A stretch of DNA of 37,781 nt from positions 1-37,781 of the IMG/VR virus record IMGVR_UViG_3300002986_000087. One strand, given 5' to 3'. Each line of letters opens with the position of its first letter. Position 1 is the stretch's first letter. Source of the DNA: a virus (Duplodnaviria > Caudoviricetes). The position numbers and the translations under genes were made by a program. Positions 18,686 through 26,329 of this stretch are shown here, in pieces. The notes beneath the pieces are model-generated. The model saw nothing but the letters and a program-made list of their open reading frames with translations, was not told the origin of the DNA and did not search any database.

Positions 18686-19102
18686 TTATTTTAATATGAG
18701 CATTCCACTCACTATACAACTATTCGGATATACTATATTATTTATTAAAAATGTTCCTGAATATGATATTTTTACATTTATTACACCGTTAGCTCCAGCA
18801 CTTATAGCTTCTTTATAAAGTTCTTTAAAAACATCTTCTAATTTTGCTTCTTTATAAGTAGTTGGATCATAATACAAGTATACTTTTTCCGGATCTTTAT
18901 CAATACTACCGGATGTAGACATAACATTGATACTTCCTACAGGTTTATAATCAAAGCTTACTGAATTTGATTCGGTAATAAAGAAATTTTTTTCTAAATA
19001 TTTTGAATAATCAAAAGTATAAGAAGTCATTAAATATTTTGGAACAACTGTACAAGAAGATAATAACACGGCCATTATAGCCAACACCATGATTTTTTTC
19101 AT
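18686..19102 (-). CDS. Lipoprotein, YbjQ-like fold (moron)
   Basis: Lipobox LLSSC. EAISAGANGVINVKI resembles the YbjQ/heavy-metal-binding family. Has its own TATCTTTG -7 element near 19236-19243. Confidence 0.65.
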   Translation of the reverse strand: MKKIMVLAIMAVLLSSCTVVPKYLMTSYTFDYSKYLEKNFFITESNSVSFDYKPVGSINVMSTSGSIDKDPEKVYLYYDPTTYKEAKLEDVFKELYKEAISAGANGVINVKISYSGTFLINNIVYPNSCIVSGMLILK

Positions 19103-19260
19103 AACAATTTAATTTAAAAGGTTGATAATATAGTTTATAATATAATTTGCAGCATAAATGATCCCTGCAAGAATGATGATTGCAAGTCCTATCAATTGAT
19201 AGTATTTCAAACGTTGCTTGAGTTGATACATGTTGCAAAGATATATATAATATTTAACAT

Positions 19261-19290
19261 AAAAAACCCGATACTATCAGCATCGGGTTT
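19261..19290. terminator. Intrinsic terminator
   Basis: AAAAAACCCGAT-loop-ATCGGGTTT, downstream of the gene at 19297. Confidence 0.7.
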
Positions 19291-19296
19291 CTTTTC

Positions 19297-20052
19297 TTAT
19301 TCCTCTTTAGGGATCAGGGGTTCTTTCTTTTTCTCAGCGGCCAGTCGTGCCATCCGGTTTGATACCAGTTGTCTGAAATAAGTGATCTGATAATTCACCT
19401 GGTCAATAATGGCATCGTATTCGTGCAAGGTATTAAATACGGCATAGGCATTAATGTTCAATACCAGTTCGCGGTAATCGGTATCAAGCGCCAGGCGTGT
19501 TTCCGTTACCTTCTTTTGCTGTATGGCATTTACTTTTTCGGCACCACGGGCAGACAGGCTCATGGTAAACTCAGCGTTACACCGTGCAATGTCTGAGAAT
19601 AACGCTTCACCGCCAATGGTTTTCAGATCAGCTTTCAGTGTTTCAGATATTTCGTTGTTACGTACTGTCATCATGCTGCTTTTTTTGTCATACGACAGTT
19701 GCTTTACGTCTCCGTACTTGTTTAATATGAACATAATCCGTGTACCGGCTTCGCGAACAAGCGGATCCATTTCGAGCATGGCCGATTTTACCTTCAGACG
19801 AAAACTGGCATCGAGCTGGTTGCGTTGCCTGTTAGCCTGAACTACTTCCAGAGTACGGTCACTTCCACGGGTTTTACCCATTGCCGCTTCCTGCAGTTGC
19901 AGATTCTCAGAATAGCGTGATACTACTCCAAACATATCCGAATTGGACATAAGTACAGACGTACGATTCAGTGCGTCGATAATCACAGAATGAAATTGAT
20001 GATGCTCACCGTTAGTCAGTCGCATCAAACAGATAGATGAAATTTGTTTCAT
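19297..20052 (-). CDS. DUF6261-like (HagB-like) helical protein
   Basis: 251 aa. RLTNGEHHQFH N-terminus and an ANRQRNQL helix are typical of this Bacteroidota family. The C-terminal KEPLIPKEE is encoded by a family C repeat. Confidence 0.65.
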   Translation of the reverse strand: MKQISSICLMRLTNGEHHQFHSVIIDALNRTSVLMSNSDMFGVVSRYSENLQLQEAAMGKTRGSDRTLEVVQANRQRNQLDASFRLKVKSAMLEMDPLVREAGTRIMFILNKYGDVKQLSYDKKSSMMTVRNNEISETLKADLKTIGGEALFSDIARCNAEFTMSLSARGAEKVNAIQQKKVTETRLALDTDYRELVLNINAYAVFNTLHEYDAIIDQVNYQITYFRQLVSNRMARLAAEKKKEPLIPKEE

Positions 20053-20256
20053 AACGATTAATTTTTAAGTAAAACAGTTGGTTAATTACCCGCGTATTGC
20101 GGTTTTATCGTTTTATACACCTGAAAAACAGCCGTATATTGTTCGTTTCTGTATATTTTACATTAAAAAACAGGTTCATTTCATGTCAATTTATATCGTG
20201 TTGCAATATCCATATCCAACATTTTACAGTTTTCAATTCTTTTTATATCGAAAACA

Positions 20257-20292
20257 CAAAAATAATTATCGAAATAAAAACATTAAAGGACA
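20257..20292 (-). promoter_or_regulatory. Putative phage late promoter, copy 5
   Basis: TGTCCTTT-N20-TATTTTTG. Confidence 0.6.
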
Positions 20293-20493
20293 AAACTGGT
20301 CGATAAGTTACCCGACATGGTCAACATTTATGCATTTTGTTACACCTTTTATGCGCTAACGGCTTATATTTCACACTACAAACCCCCTCTGGGTAAAGAA
20401 TGTATTTTTATCGCCCTGATTTTTGGCCGACTCGCTCTGTGCCTGCCTTGCAATTGCACGGTTTTTTGGCAGGGGAAATGTGAGGGAGAATGG

Positions 20494-20672
20494 GGTAGTG
20501 GGTAGTAGGTAGTAGGTAGTGGGTAGTAGGTAGTAGGTAGACAGTGCTTAGTAGGTAGTAGGTAGTAGGTAGTAGGTAGTTGGTAGTGGGTAGACAGTGC
20601 TTAGTATGTAGTAGGTAGTAGGTAGTGGGTAGACAGTGCTTAGTATGTCGTATGTAGTTATCAGTAAGTAGT
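20494..20672. repeat. Family A array, inverted and degenerate (GGTAGTA)n
   Basis: GGTAGTA units interrupted three times by GGTAGACAGTGCTTAGTA. Confidence 0.9.
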
Positions 20673-20720
20673 ATGTAATTATAGTATACAGTTGTAGTCG
20701 ATAGTTTATGATTGCGTTCT

Positions 20721-20821
20721 TACTACCTACTACCTACTACCTACTACCTACTACCTACTACCTACTACCTACTACCTACTACCTACTACCTACTACCTAC
20801 TACCTACTACCTACTACCTAC
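20721..20821. repeat. Family A array, perfect (TACTACC)14
   Basis: About 14 perfect heptamers. Includes the terminase TAG stop at 20818-20820. Confidence 0.95.
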
Positions 20822-22512
20822 TTAGGACTTAGTGCACCTCCTGATCCCTTAGGACTTACATGTTGCATGAACTGTTTACGACACATCAGGTACTTGAATG
20901 CATCAGTGAAGTTGGTACTCTCACGGGGTAGGCGATGTGCTGGTAGTCCATCGCCTTTCTTTTCTTTTACTACTAAGCCGTTGCCTTTGGGTCCTGTGGC
21001 TATCTTAGCAGGTGTACGCTCCAACTGTGCCTTCAGGCATGGGCAGTTAGTACGATCGATCATAAGCATGGGCAACTTCTTATTACTGCCACTCATCAGT
21101 TCCATCATGAAGTTATACTCAGCATTGCTGTATATGTTACCCTGACTGAGTGATAACAGCAATACTGTCCATCCTGTGCTCTTACCATCTTCATCACGTT
21201 CTATTGCCTTCTTGATCTGACTGGCTACGTCCTGCCCTATCTTGCTGTAGTTGTTGGCTGCCCTGTCGTAATACAGTTTGAGTTGCTTCACCTTATGTGG
21301 CTTATAGAAGCGTATGAACTCATCGGCTATCTGCCTGATGTATTGAGGGGGCAATGTGTACATCTCTTTAAGTATGCGATACTTCATGCCTGTTTGCTGC
21401 CCGAATACCAGCCATAACGTATTACCGATATCCAACCCACCCTCAATGGCACGGTTCGTATCCAGGTACTTCAGTATACGGCAATCGGGTTCCTGTCCGA
21501 ATGGTAGTGAATCAAGGTACTTATAATCGTTTCCATCATTGTAAAAATGCTTTTCGGATAAGTTGCTGTAAAAACGGGATGCAGCACTTAGTATAGGAAT
21601 AATACACAGAATAGCGGACAATACGCCCTCTAAACCCACTTCAAACTCATCACTAAACCAATCTATGGAAAGGATATCAACGTTTATATACGAACTGGCA
21701 ATCCAGAATAACGATACATCTTTCCGGCACTTTATCCAACGCGCTTCCCATCGTTGCATATTTTTTTCGGCCAGTTCTATTTTTCGGGCATTCTTTGTCT
21801 CCAGGATGGCTGCATATTCAATTTTTGTTTCATTATATACAAATCCGACACGGATAAGCTGCAGCAACTTCTTTTTATCGTTTTTCTGGACCATCTTTAG
21901 CATCCAGTCATATTCACCGATATTATTCGGATCGGGCATATCCGATGTAAATGTCTGCGAACGGTAAAAAGGCGATTCACCGTATTTAGCACGATATCCA
22001 CGTACTGCTTTTAACAGGTTGGCAATACGCACTTCAGGAAAGTATTTCACTTCATCACCGAATATCCCGACATACGAACGACCGGCACCAATGGCTGGCC
22101 TATCGAGTGAAACAAATGTCAGGTTGAATCCGGTAAAAAATACCATAGTATTCTTCCAGTTGGACATGATGTTGTACATCTTATCACGCCATTCCTTTGG
22201 TGGTTCGCAATTAATCACATAATGTACACCTTCCTCCCACCCGTGAAGCCGCAAACCTTCCTGCAGGGATGGAATAACGTTTTTATGGAGGTTCGCATAC
22301 GTATCACTTGCCCAGGCGAACGGTGCACCCGGGCAATCGTATACAGCTTCCTGTAATCTCTCAACGGCAAAGTTGGTAGTTTTGGTAGATGCACGGCCTA
22401 ACAACAACGCCACCTGATTGGGCATGATAATGGCAAACAGTTGTGCCAGCCAGTTGGAATAACGTACTTCTACATCATCACGATTGAGATTCAACCTTGT
22501 TTTCTTGCTCAT
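20818..22512 (-). CDS. terL: Terminase large subunit
   Basis: 564 aa. Walker A-like GRASTKT, Walker B IFGDE, and nuclease acidic residues (GGLDIG, YYDRA, TNFTDAFKY). Confidence 0.88.
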   Translation of the reverse strand: MSKKTRLNLNRDDVEVRYSNWLAQLFAIIMPNQVALLLGRASTKTTNFAVERLQEAVYDCPGAPFAWASDTYANLHKNVIPSLQEGLRLHGWEEGVHYVINCEPPKEWRDKMYNIMSNWKNTMVFFTGFNLTFVSLDRPAIGAGRSYVGIFGDEVKYFPEVRIANLLKAVRGYRAKYGESPFYRSQTFTSDMPDPNNIGEYDWMLKMVQKNDKKKLLQLIRVGFVYNETKIEYAAILETKNARKIELAEKNMQRWEARWIKCRKDVSLFWIASSYINVDILSIDWFSDEFEVGLEGVLSAILCIIPILSAASRFYSNLSEKHFYNDGNDYKYLDSLPFGQEPDCRILKYLDTNRAIEGGLDIGNTLWLVFGQQTGMKYRILKEMYTLPPQYIRQIADEFIRFYKPHKVKQLKLYYDRAANNYSKIGQDVASQIKKAIERDEDGKSTGWTVLLLSLSQGNIYSNAEYNFMMELMSGSNKKLPMLMIDRTNCPCLKAQLERTPAKIATGPKGNGLVVKEKKGDGLPAHRLPRESTNFTDAFKYLMCRKQFMQHVSPKGSGGALSPK

Positions 22513-23107
22513 CGAATAGTTCTAAGAAGTTTACTTTATTTACACCGGCTTCCATGCGGATACGGTTCTTTTCGCGTTCGGATATCCCCAGGTTATCAAT
22601 CTGATCACCCAGTTCTTTACGGTCCACAGATGGTAACCCAATGGATCCGGGATTGAGTGAATAGATTTTGATAGGCTTTTTATACAATCCTTCCGGTATG
22701 CGGGCAGGTTCTGGAGTATCAAGACCTTTGATTTTAAATGCTTTTGTCATAAGATCTCCATAAACCTCCATATCCTTTGAACTTTTAGCCGTCAGCTTCA
22801 CCACATTTGCAGCAGCACGGATATCTTCGTACATGGCATTACGGTGTGCCTGGGGTTCAACGTTATCATACGAATAGAACAGGTTAATGCATTCGTCGAA
22901 CATCTCGCGGGCTTTTCGGTATGGTATGTTGATAGGTGGATGCTGAATGAATGCAATAGCGTTTTCTTTGCCGTATTTACGGTTCAACGTGTTCAACAGG
23001 TGCAATACGTCCAGATACTTCTGTTCGTCGTCTGACAGCGTTTCTTTTGAGCCTGACTGAATATAATCCTGCAGGGTATCGAAGTGAGATGTATTAAATG
23101 CCGCCAT
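22478..23107 (-). CDS. Putative terminase small subunit-like protein
   Basis: 209 aa, helical, overlapping the terL start. Assignment is positional. Confidence 0.45.
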   Translation of the reverse strand: MAAFNTSHFDTLQDYIQSGSKETLSDDEQKYLDVLHLLNTLNRKYGKENAIAFIQHPPINIPYRKAREMFDECINLFYSYDNVEPQAHRNAMYEDIRAAANVVKLTAKSSKDMEVYGDLMTKAFKIKGLDTPEPARIPEGLYKKPIKIYSLNPGSIGLPSVDRKELGDQIDNLGISEREKNRIRMEAGVNKVNFLELFDEQENKVESQS

Positions 23108-23444
23108 ACATGATCTGATCTAACGCGTTTCGAAACTTCACCGTCTCACGGAGTTTATCCAGGCGTTGTGCCTGGGTGGCATTATTCGGGGCATCGCTTA
23201 CCATACCGATACCTTCCATGGCTTCATGATGCAATATTCCAAAATCGTAATGGTATTTTAATTTACTGTCAATAAGCATATAATAGTACATGAATTCAAG
23301 TTTATCAATCTTATAGAACATGGCAATCTTCTCGGGAGTATACCCAATGGCCGCCAACTTTTCGTACTGATCCCAAAAAATGAGTTTCATCCATTCAGGT
23401 TCATTATCTTCATTCCATGTAACTAATTCGGTTATTGTATCCAT
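23094..23444 (-). CDS. Small HTH-like protein (packaging-associated)
   Basis: YEKLAAIGYTPEKIAMFY looks HTH-like. Coupled to the downstream gene. Confidence 0.5.
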   Translation of the reverse strand: MDTITELVTWNEDNEPEWMKLIFWDQYEKLAAIGYTPEKIAMFYKIDKLEFMYYYMLIDSKLKYHYDFGILHHEAMEGIGMVSDAPNNATQAQRLDKLRETVKFRNALDQIMYGGI

Positions 23445-23462
23445 GTTTCTGTATTTTCTTAT

Positions 23463-23488
23463 CCCCCTTTAGGGGTTAGGGGTTCTTT
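23463..23488. repeat. Repeat family C
   Basis: CCCCCTTTAGGGGTTAGGGGTTCTTT, the exact reverse complement of 25560-25585. Confidence 0.9.
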
Positions 23489-24176
23489 AATTCAATAGTC
23501 TGCGTACTTCTGCCAGTTCATTCTGCTTTAATTCCAACCGTTGTTTCCTATCGGCCAATAATGCCGGCTTATCCCCTTTTGCTATTTCGGTTTCAATGCG
23601 CCATATATTATGCAGTAACTTTCTTTCTTTCTCGATAAGTTCACGTATATTCATGGCTTTCAAATCCTTTAGATGATTGAAATGTTTGAATATCGGGTGT
23701 TTTCCAAGGATAGAGTGATGTTGCTTATAGTAGTTTAATTCGGCATAGATGGCACGGTTTTCACGATAACTGGATATCAGTTCACCTGCAGTGGCAGCAC
23801 ATTGCTCCAGCGTGGTGCATCCGGATAACTCAGAATGCAATGTCCGGTACCGGTAGAAACTTGAAAACTTATCGGTAACCAGGGCTTTTAGTTCAAACGG
23901 GCAATCGGGAGTGGATAGGAAAGGAAATTCATCTCTGAATGTCGTTTGTTTAGGAGGTTTTGAGTAGGTAGTCGGTAGTCGGTAATTGGTAGTAGGTAGT
24001 AGGTAGTTGATTCCTGCTAACTTACAAAGTGAATCTGTCAACAACCTGATATTTTTTACCGGATTACTCTTAATCAACCGAATGAGTAACAGGTTGCCGG
24101 AATATTTTTCCAGCAACCTAATACCATCTTCAGGAATACATCCCGATTGTAACCAATTTTGAACTACTTGTTTCAT
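23487..24176 (-). CDS. Phage hypothetical protein with in-frame heptamer insert
   Basis: 229 aa. FRDEFPFL..PDCPFELK and ILGKHPIF motifs. Residues YLLPTTNYRLPTTY derive from a family A repeat at 23963-24007. Confidence 0.7.
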   Translation of the reverse strand: MKQVVQNWLQSGCIPEDGIRLLEKYSGNLLLIRLIKSNPVKNIRLLTDSLCKLAGINYLLPTTNYRLPTTYSKPPKQTTFRDEFPFLSTPDCPFELKALVTDKFSSFYRYRTLHSELSGCTTLEQCAATAGELISSYRENRAIYAELNYYKQHHSILGKHPIFKHFNHLKDLKAMNIRELIEKERKLLHNIWRIETEIAKGDKPALLADRKQRLELKQNELAEVRRLLN

Positions 24177-24179
24177 TCC

Positions 24180-24506
24180 TTAATTAAGAATAACCCAATC
24201 TTCAGCCAACATATCAGTCTGAGATGCTAACCATCCATTCACAACGGTACCGTCAGCAGCTTTCATACACAGGTAAGCAGTAAACTTAACTGTATCTGCC
24301 GGATTTGTTACATCTATCCCATCCTGTGCGTAATAATCCTTTACACTTTGTGGCAATGATTTCACTTTATTGACTACCATGTCAATATGTAACTCATCAG
24401 CTGGACGCATAAATACAAACATCTTTTTCCCATTCCAACCTTTACGGGCAATTAATTTCCCTTTTTTTACAGCTTCTAAAGCTTCACTAAATGTTATTTC
24501 TTTCAT
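24180..24506 (-). CDS. DUF2829 / Tad2-like anti-defence sponge protein
   Basis: FSEALEAVKKGKLIARKGWNGKKMFV at the N-terminus and GWLASQTDMLAEDW at the C-terminus are DUF2829 signatures. Confidence 0.8.
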   Translation of the reverse strand: MKEITFSEALEAVKKGKLIARKGWNGKKMFVFMRPADELHIDMVVNKVKSLPQSVKDYYAQDGIDVTNPADTVKFTAYLCMKAADGTVVNGWLASQTDMLAEDWVILN

Positions 24507-24511
24507 GTTTT

Positions 24512-24544
24512 AAATAGTAAATAGTAAATGAATAAATAGTAAAT
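24512..24544. repeat. Repeat family B
   Basis: Identical to 7980-8012 (33 bp). Confidence 0.85.
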
Positions 24545-24582
24545 TATCTTATCTGTGTAAATTTTTCTTTAATCTGTGTAAA

Positions 24583-25473
24583 TCAATTTTCAAAGCGTGA
24601 AGGTTCAGAAAATTTTGTTTCCAAAAATTCAATCAGCAAATCAGAATAACCAGTTTCGGAATTGTTCAAAAACTTTTTACCGTTTACAAACCGAATAAAA
24701 TCATCACGATTTGGTTTTGGTGATACTACCCGAAGTAAGTAATGACCGTTGATGTTGTCGATTTGTTGTGGAATATGATCACCATAAATAAGATTGAAAT
24801 AAATGGAAGGAAGAAGCAATCCCTCGTCATTTAAAGAAGGTATTTCTTCAAATAATTCAACTAACTTTTCCTTTTCGTAACAAATAGGCGTATGAGTGTC
24901 ATAATTATGAATCGGACAAATACCATTACCAAATAAATTAATAGCCGTAATCGTATCATTCCGGTTAATTTCATAGTGTTTGTTCGTTCCGTCAATATGT
25001 TTCAACTTTCCATGAGCCGTTAATATCTGAATATCGGCCAGCATAACCGGTGATACCAGGTAGATATCATCATTGCTCCAAATAAAGCAATCACTTACCC
25101 GTTCGTCGGCAATGGCCAGCTTCAGCTTTTCGAGTGTATCGATTTGCGGATTGTCTGAAAATTTATGTGCAGGGATATGAATTACTTCATCCGAGAACCA
25201 TTCTTCACTGTCACCGATCACCACCAGTTGAAAATCTTCCCGCAAATTCTTCTGCAGGGACCTGACAGCAAAAAGCAATTCATTCCCCTGGGCATCCGAC
25301 TTCAGGTAAGGAATACAAACGGTAAGTTTTGGCTTAGAAAGGATCTCAGGTTTTTGCATTATATCCGCTTCAAATTCTTCTGCAGTTGTTTTTGGTATCA
25401 GTTCAATAACAGGTTTCGTAATATCCGGAGTATTTTGGTCTTCCGGAGTTATTTCTTTCTTGACTTTCTTCAT
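24583..25473 (-). CDS. Glycosyl/phosphoglycosyl-transferase-like protein (GT-A, Stealth-like)
   Basis: LTVCIPY, ELLFAVRSL, FIWSNDDIY (metal-binding DD) and NYDTHTP motifs. Confidence 0.6.
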   Translation of the reverse strand: MKKVKKEITPEDQNTPDITKPVIELIPKTTAEEFEADIMQKPEILSKPKLTVCIPYLKSDAQGNELLFAVRSLQKNLREDFQLVVIGDSEEWFSDEVIHIPAHKFSDNPQIDTLEKLKLAIADERVSDCFIWSNDDIYLVSPVMLADIQILTAHGKLKHIDGTNKHYEINRNDTITAINLFGNGICPIHNYDTHTPICYEKEKLVELFEEIPSLNDEGLLLPSIYFNLIYGDHIPQQIDNINGHYLLRVVSPKPNRDDFIRFVNGKKFLNNSETGYSDLLIEFLETKFSEPSRFEN

Positions 25474-25521
25474 GATTTACATGGTTTAAATGTTTAAAAT
25501 TTCGTTTTATAAATAAGTATA

Positions 25522-25557
25522 CAAATTTGCAATTGCAAAACGATTCTACAAAGGACA
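25522..25557 (-). promoter_or_regulatory. Putative phage late promoter, copy 6
   Basis: TGTCCTTT-N20-CAAATTTG. Confidence 0.6.
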
Positions 25558-25559
25558 AA

Positions 25560-25656
25560 AAAGAACCCCTAACCCCTAAAGGGGGAAAATAAAAAACCCG
25601 AATATCGCTATTCGGGTTTTTCTTTCTTTTCTTATCCCCCTTTAGGGGTTAGGGGT
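25560..25656. repeat. Two family C copies in inverted orientation around a terminator
   Basis: Copies at 25560-25585 and 25631-25656 flank the hairpin at 25591-25621. Confidence 0.85.
25591..25621. terminator. Intrinsic terminator after the capsid operon
   Basis: AAAAAACCCGAATA-TCGC-TATTCGGGTTTTT. Confidence 0.8.
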
Positions 25657-26232
25657 CTATAATCCCGCTCCTTCACTTCCAGTCCCCGTTAACCCCAAAA
25701 TAGCGTTAATGGCAAGGTCGTCAGTTAATGGAATAGCAGCTTTTGAAATATGACCAAGAACAGATCCCGGTATCAAACTCTTCAACTGAATAGAGTGACC
25801 TCTTTTCTTCGAAGAATCTTCGGTATTGTCCTGGGTAAATTTCAACGGATTCCCTTTTGTTCCGGCAATCTTACAATCGTTACCTTCGCATGGGATAGAG
25901 ATAGCACCTAAATCTTCATTCAGGTTGTTTTCTACGAATTCATCAAACTCCAAATCAGTACCAGGCACTTCAAAATCTACGTTGTGAATATGTCCGCGGG
26001 CATCATCATCACCGGTTGAAGTCTGGAATACATTTTGAGTGGAAGCAGTATGATAAATTCCAATTGGCTTTTTCAATGCCAGGAATGAAAAGTCAATCAC
26101 TTTCACACCTTTTTCGTCACGGATGCAAGTTGCGATATCATCCTGTTTGTAAAGGAGTATATACGCACCTTTACCAACCGGACGACCGGCATTAGGACTT
26201 TTCTTTTTGACAGATACAAGTGTATATGACAT
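25657..26232 (-). CDS. Putative major tail (tube) protein
   Basis: 191 aa, beta-rich, with IAGTKGNP motif. Immediately follows the major capsid gene. Confidence 0.5.
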   Translation of the reverse strand: MSYTLVSVKKKSPNAGRPVGKGAYILLYKQDDIATCIRDEKGVKVIDFSFLALKKPIGIYHTASTQNVFQTSTGDDDARGHIHNVDFEVPGTDLEFDEFVENNLNEDLGAISIPCEGNDCKIAGTKGNPLKFTQDNTEDSSKKRGHSIQLKSLIPGSVLGHISKAAIPLTDDLAINAILGLTGTGSEGAGL

Positions 26233-26282
26233 AATATTTATATTTTTAAAGATAAAACTATTTTTTAGTTAGAAATCAAATA

Positions 26283-26317
26283 CATTCAGTTACCGTGCTG
26301 AGAACGGTAACTGAATG
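26283..26317. other. 14-bp perfect hairpin between capsid and putative tail-tube genes
   Basis: CATTCAGTTACCGT-GCTGAGA-ACGGTAACTGAATG, without a strong U-tract. Confidence 0.7.
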
Positions 26318-26329
26318 ATTATTGATTGA

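Noticed and set aside
20494-20821. CRISPR array
   Set aside because: The units are 7-bp tandem repeats with no unique spacers, and there are no cas genes.
20708-21145. 145-aa plus-strand ORF with (LLPTTYY)n repeats
   Set aside because: It is the translation of the heptamer array and runs antisense to terL, so it is unlikely to be a real protein.
6877-22512. TAG stop-codon reassignment
   Set aside because: Genes are full length in the standard code, TAG ends several of them at plausible positions, and no suppressor tRNA is seen.
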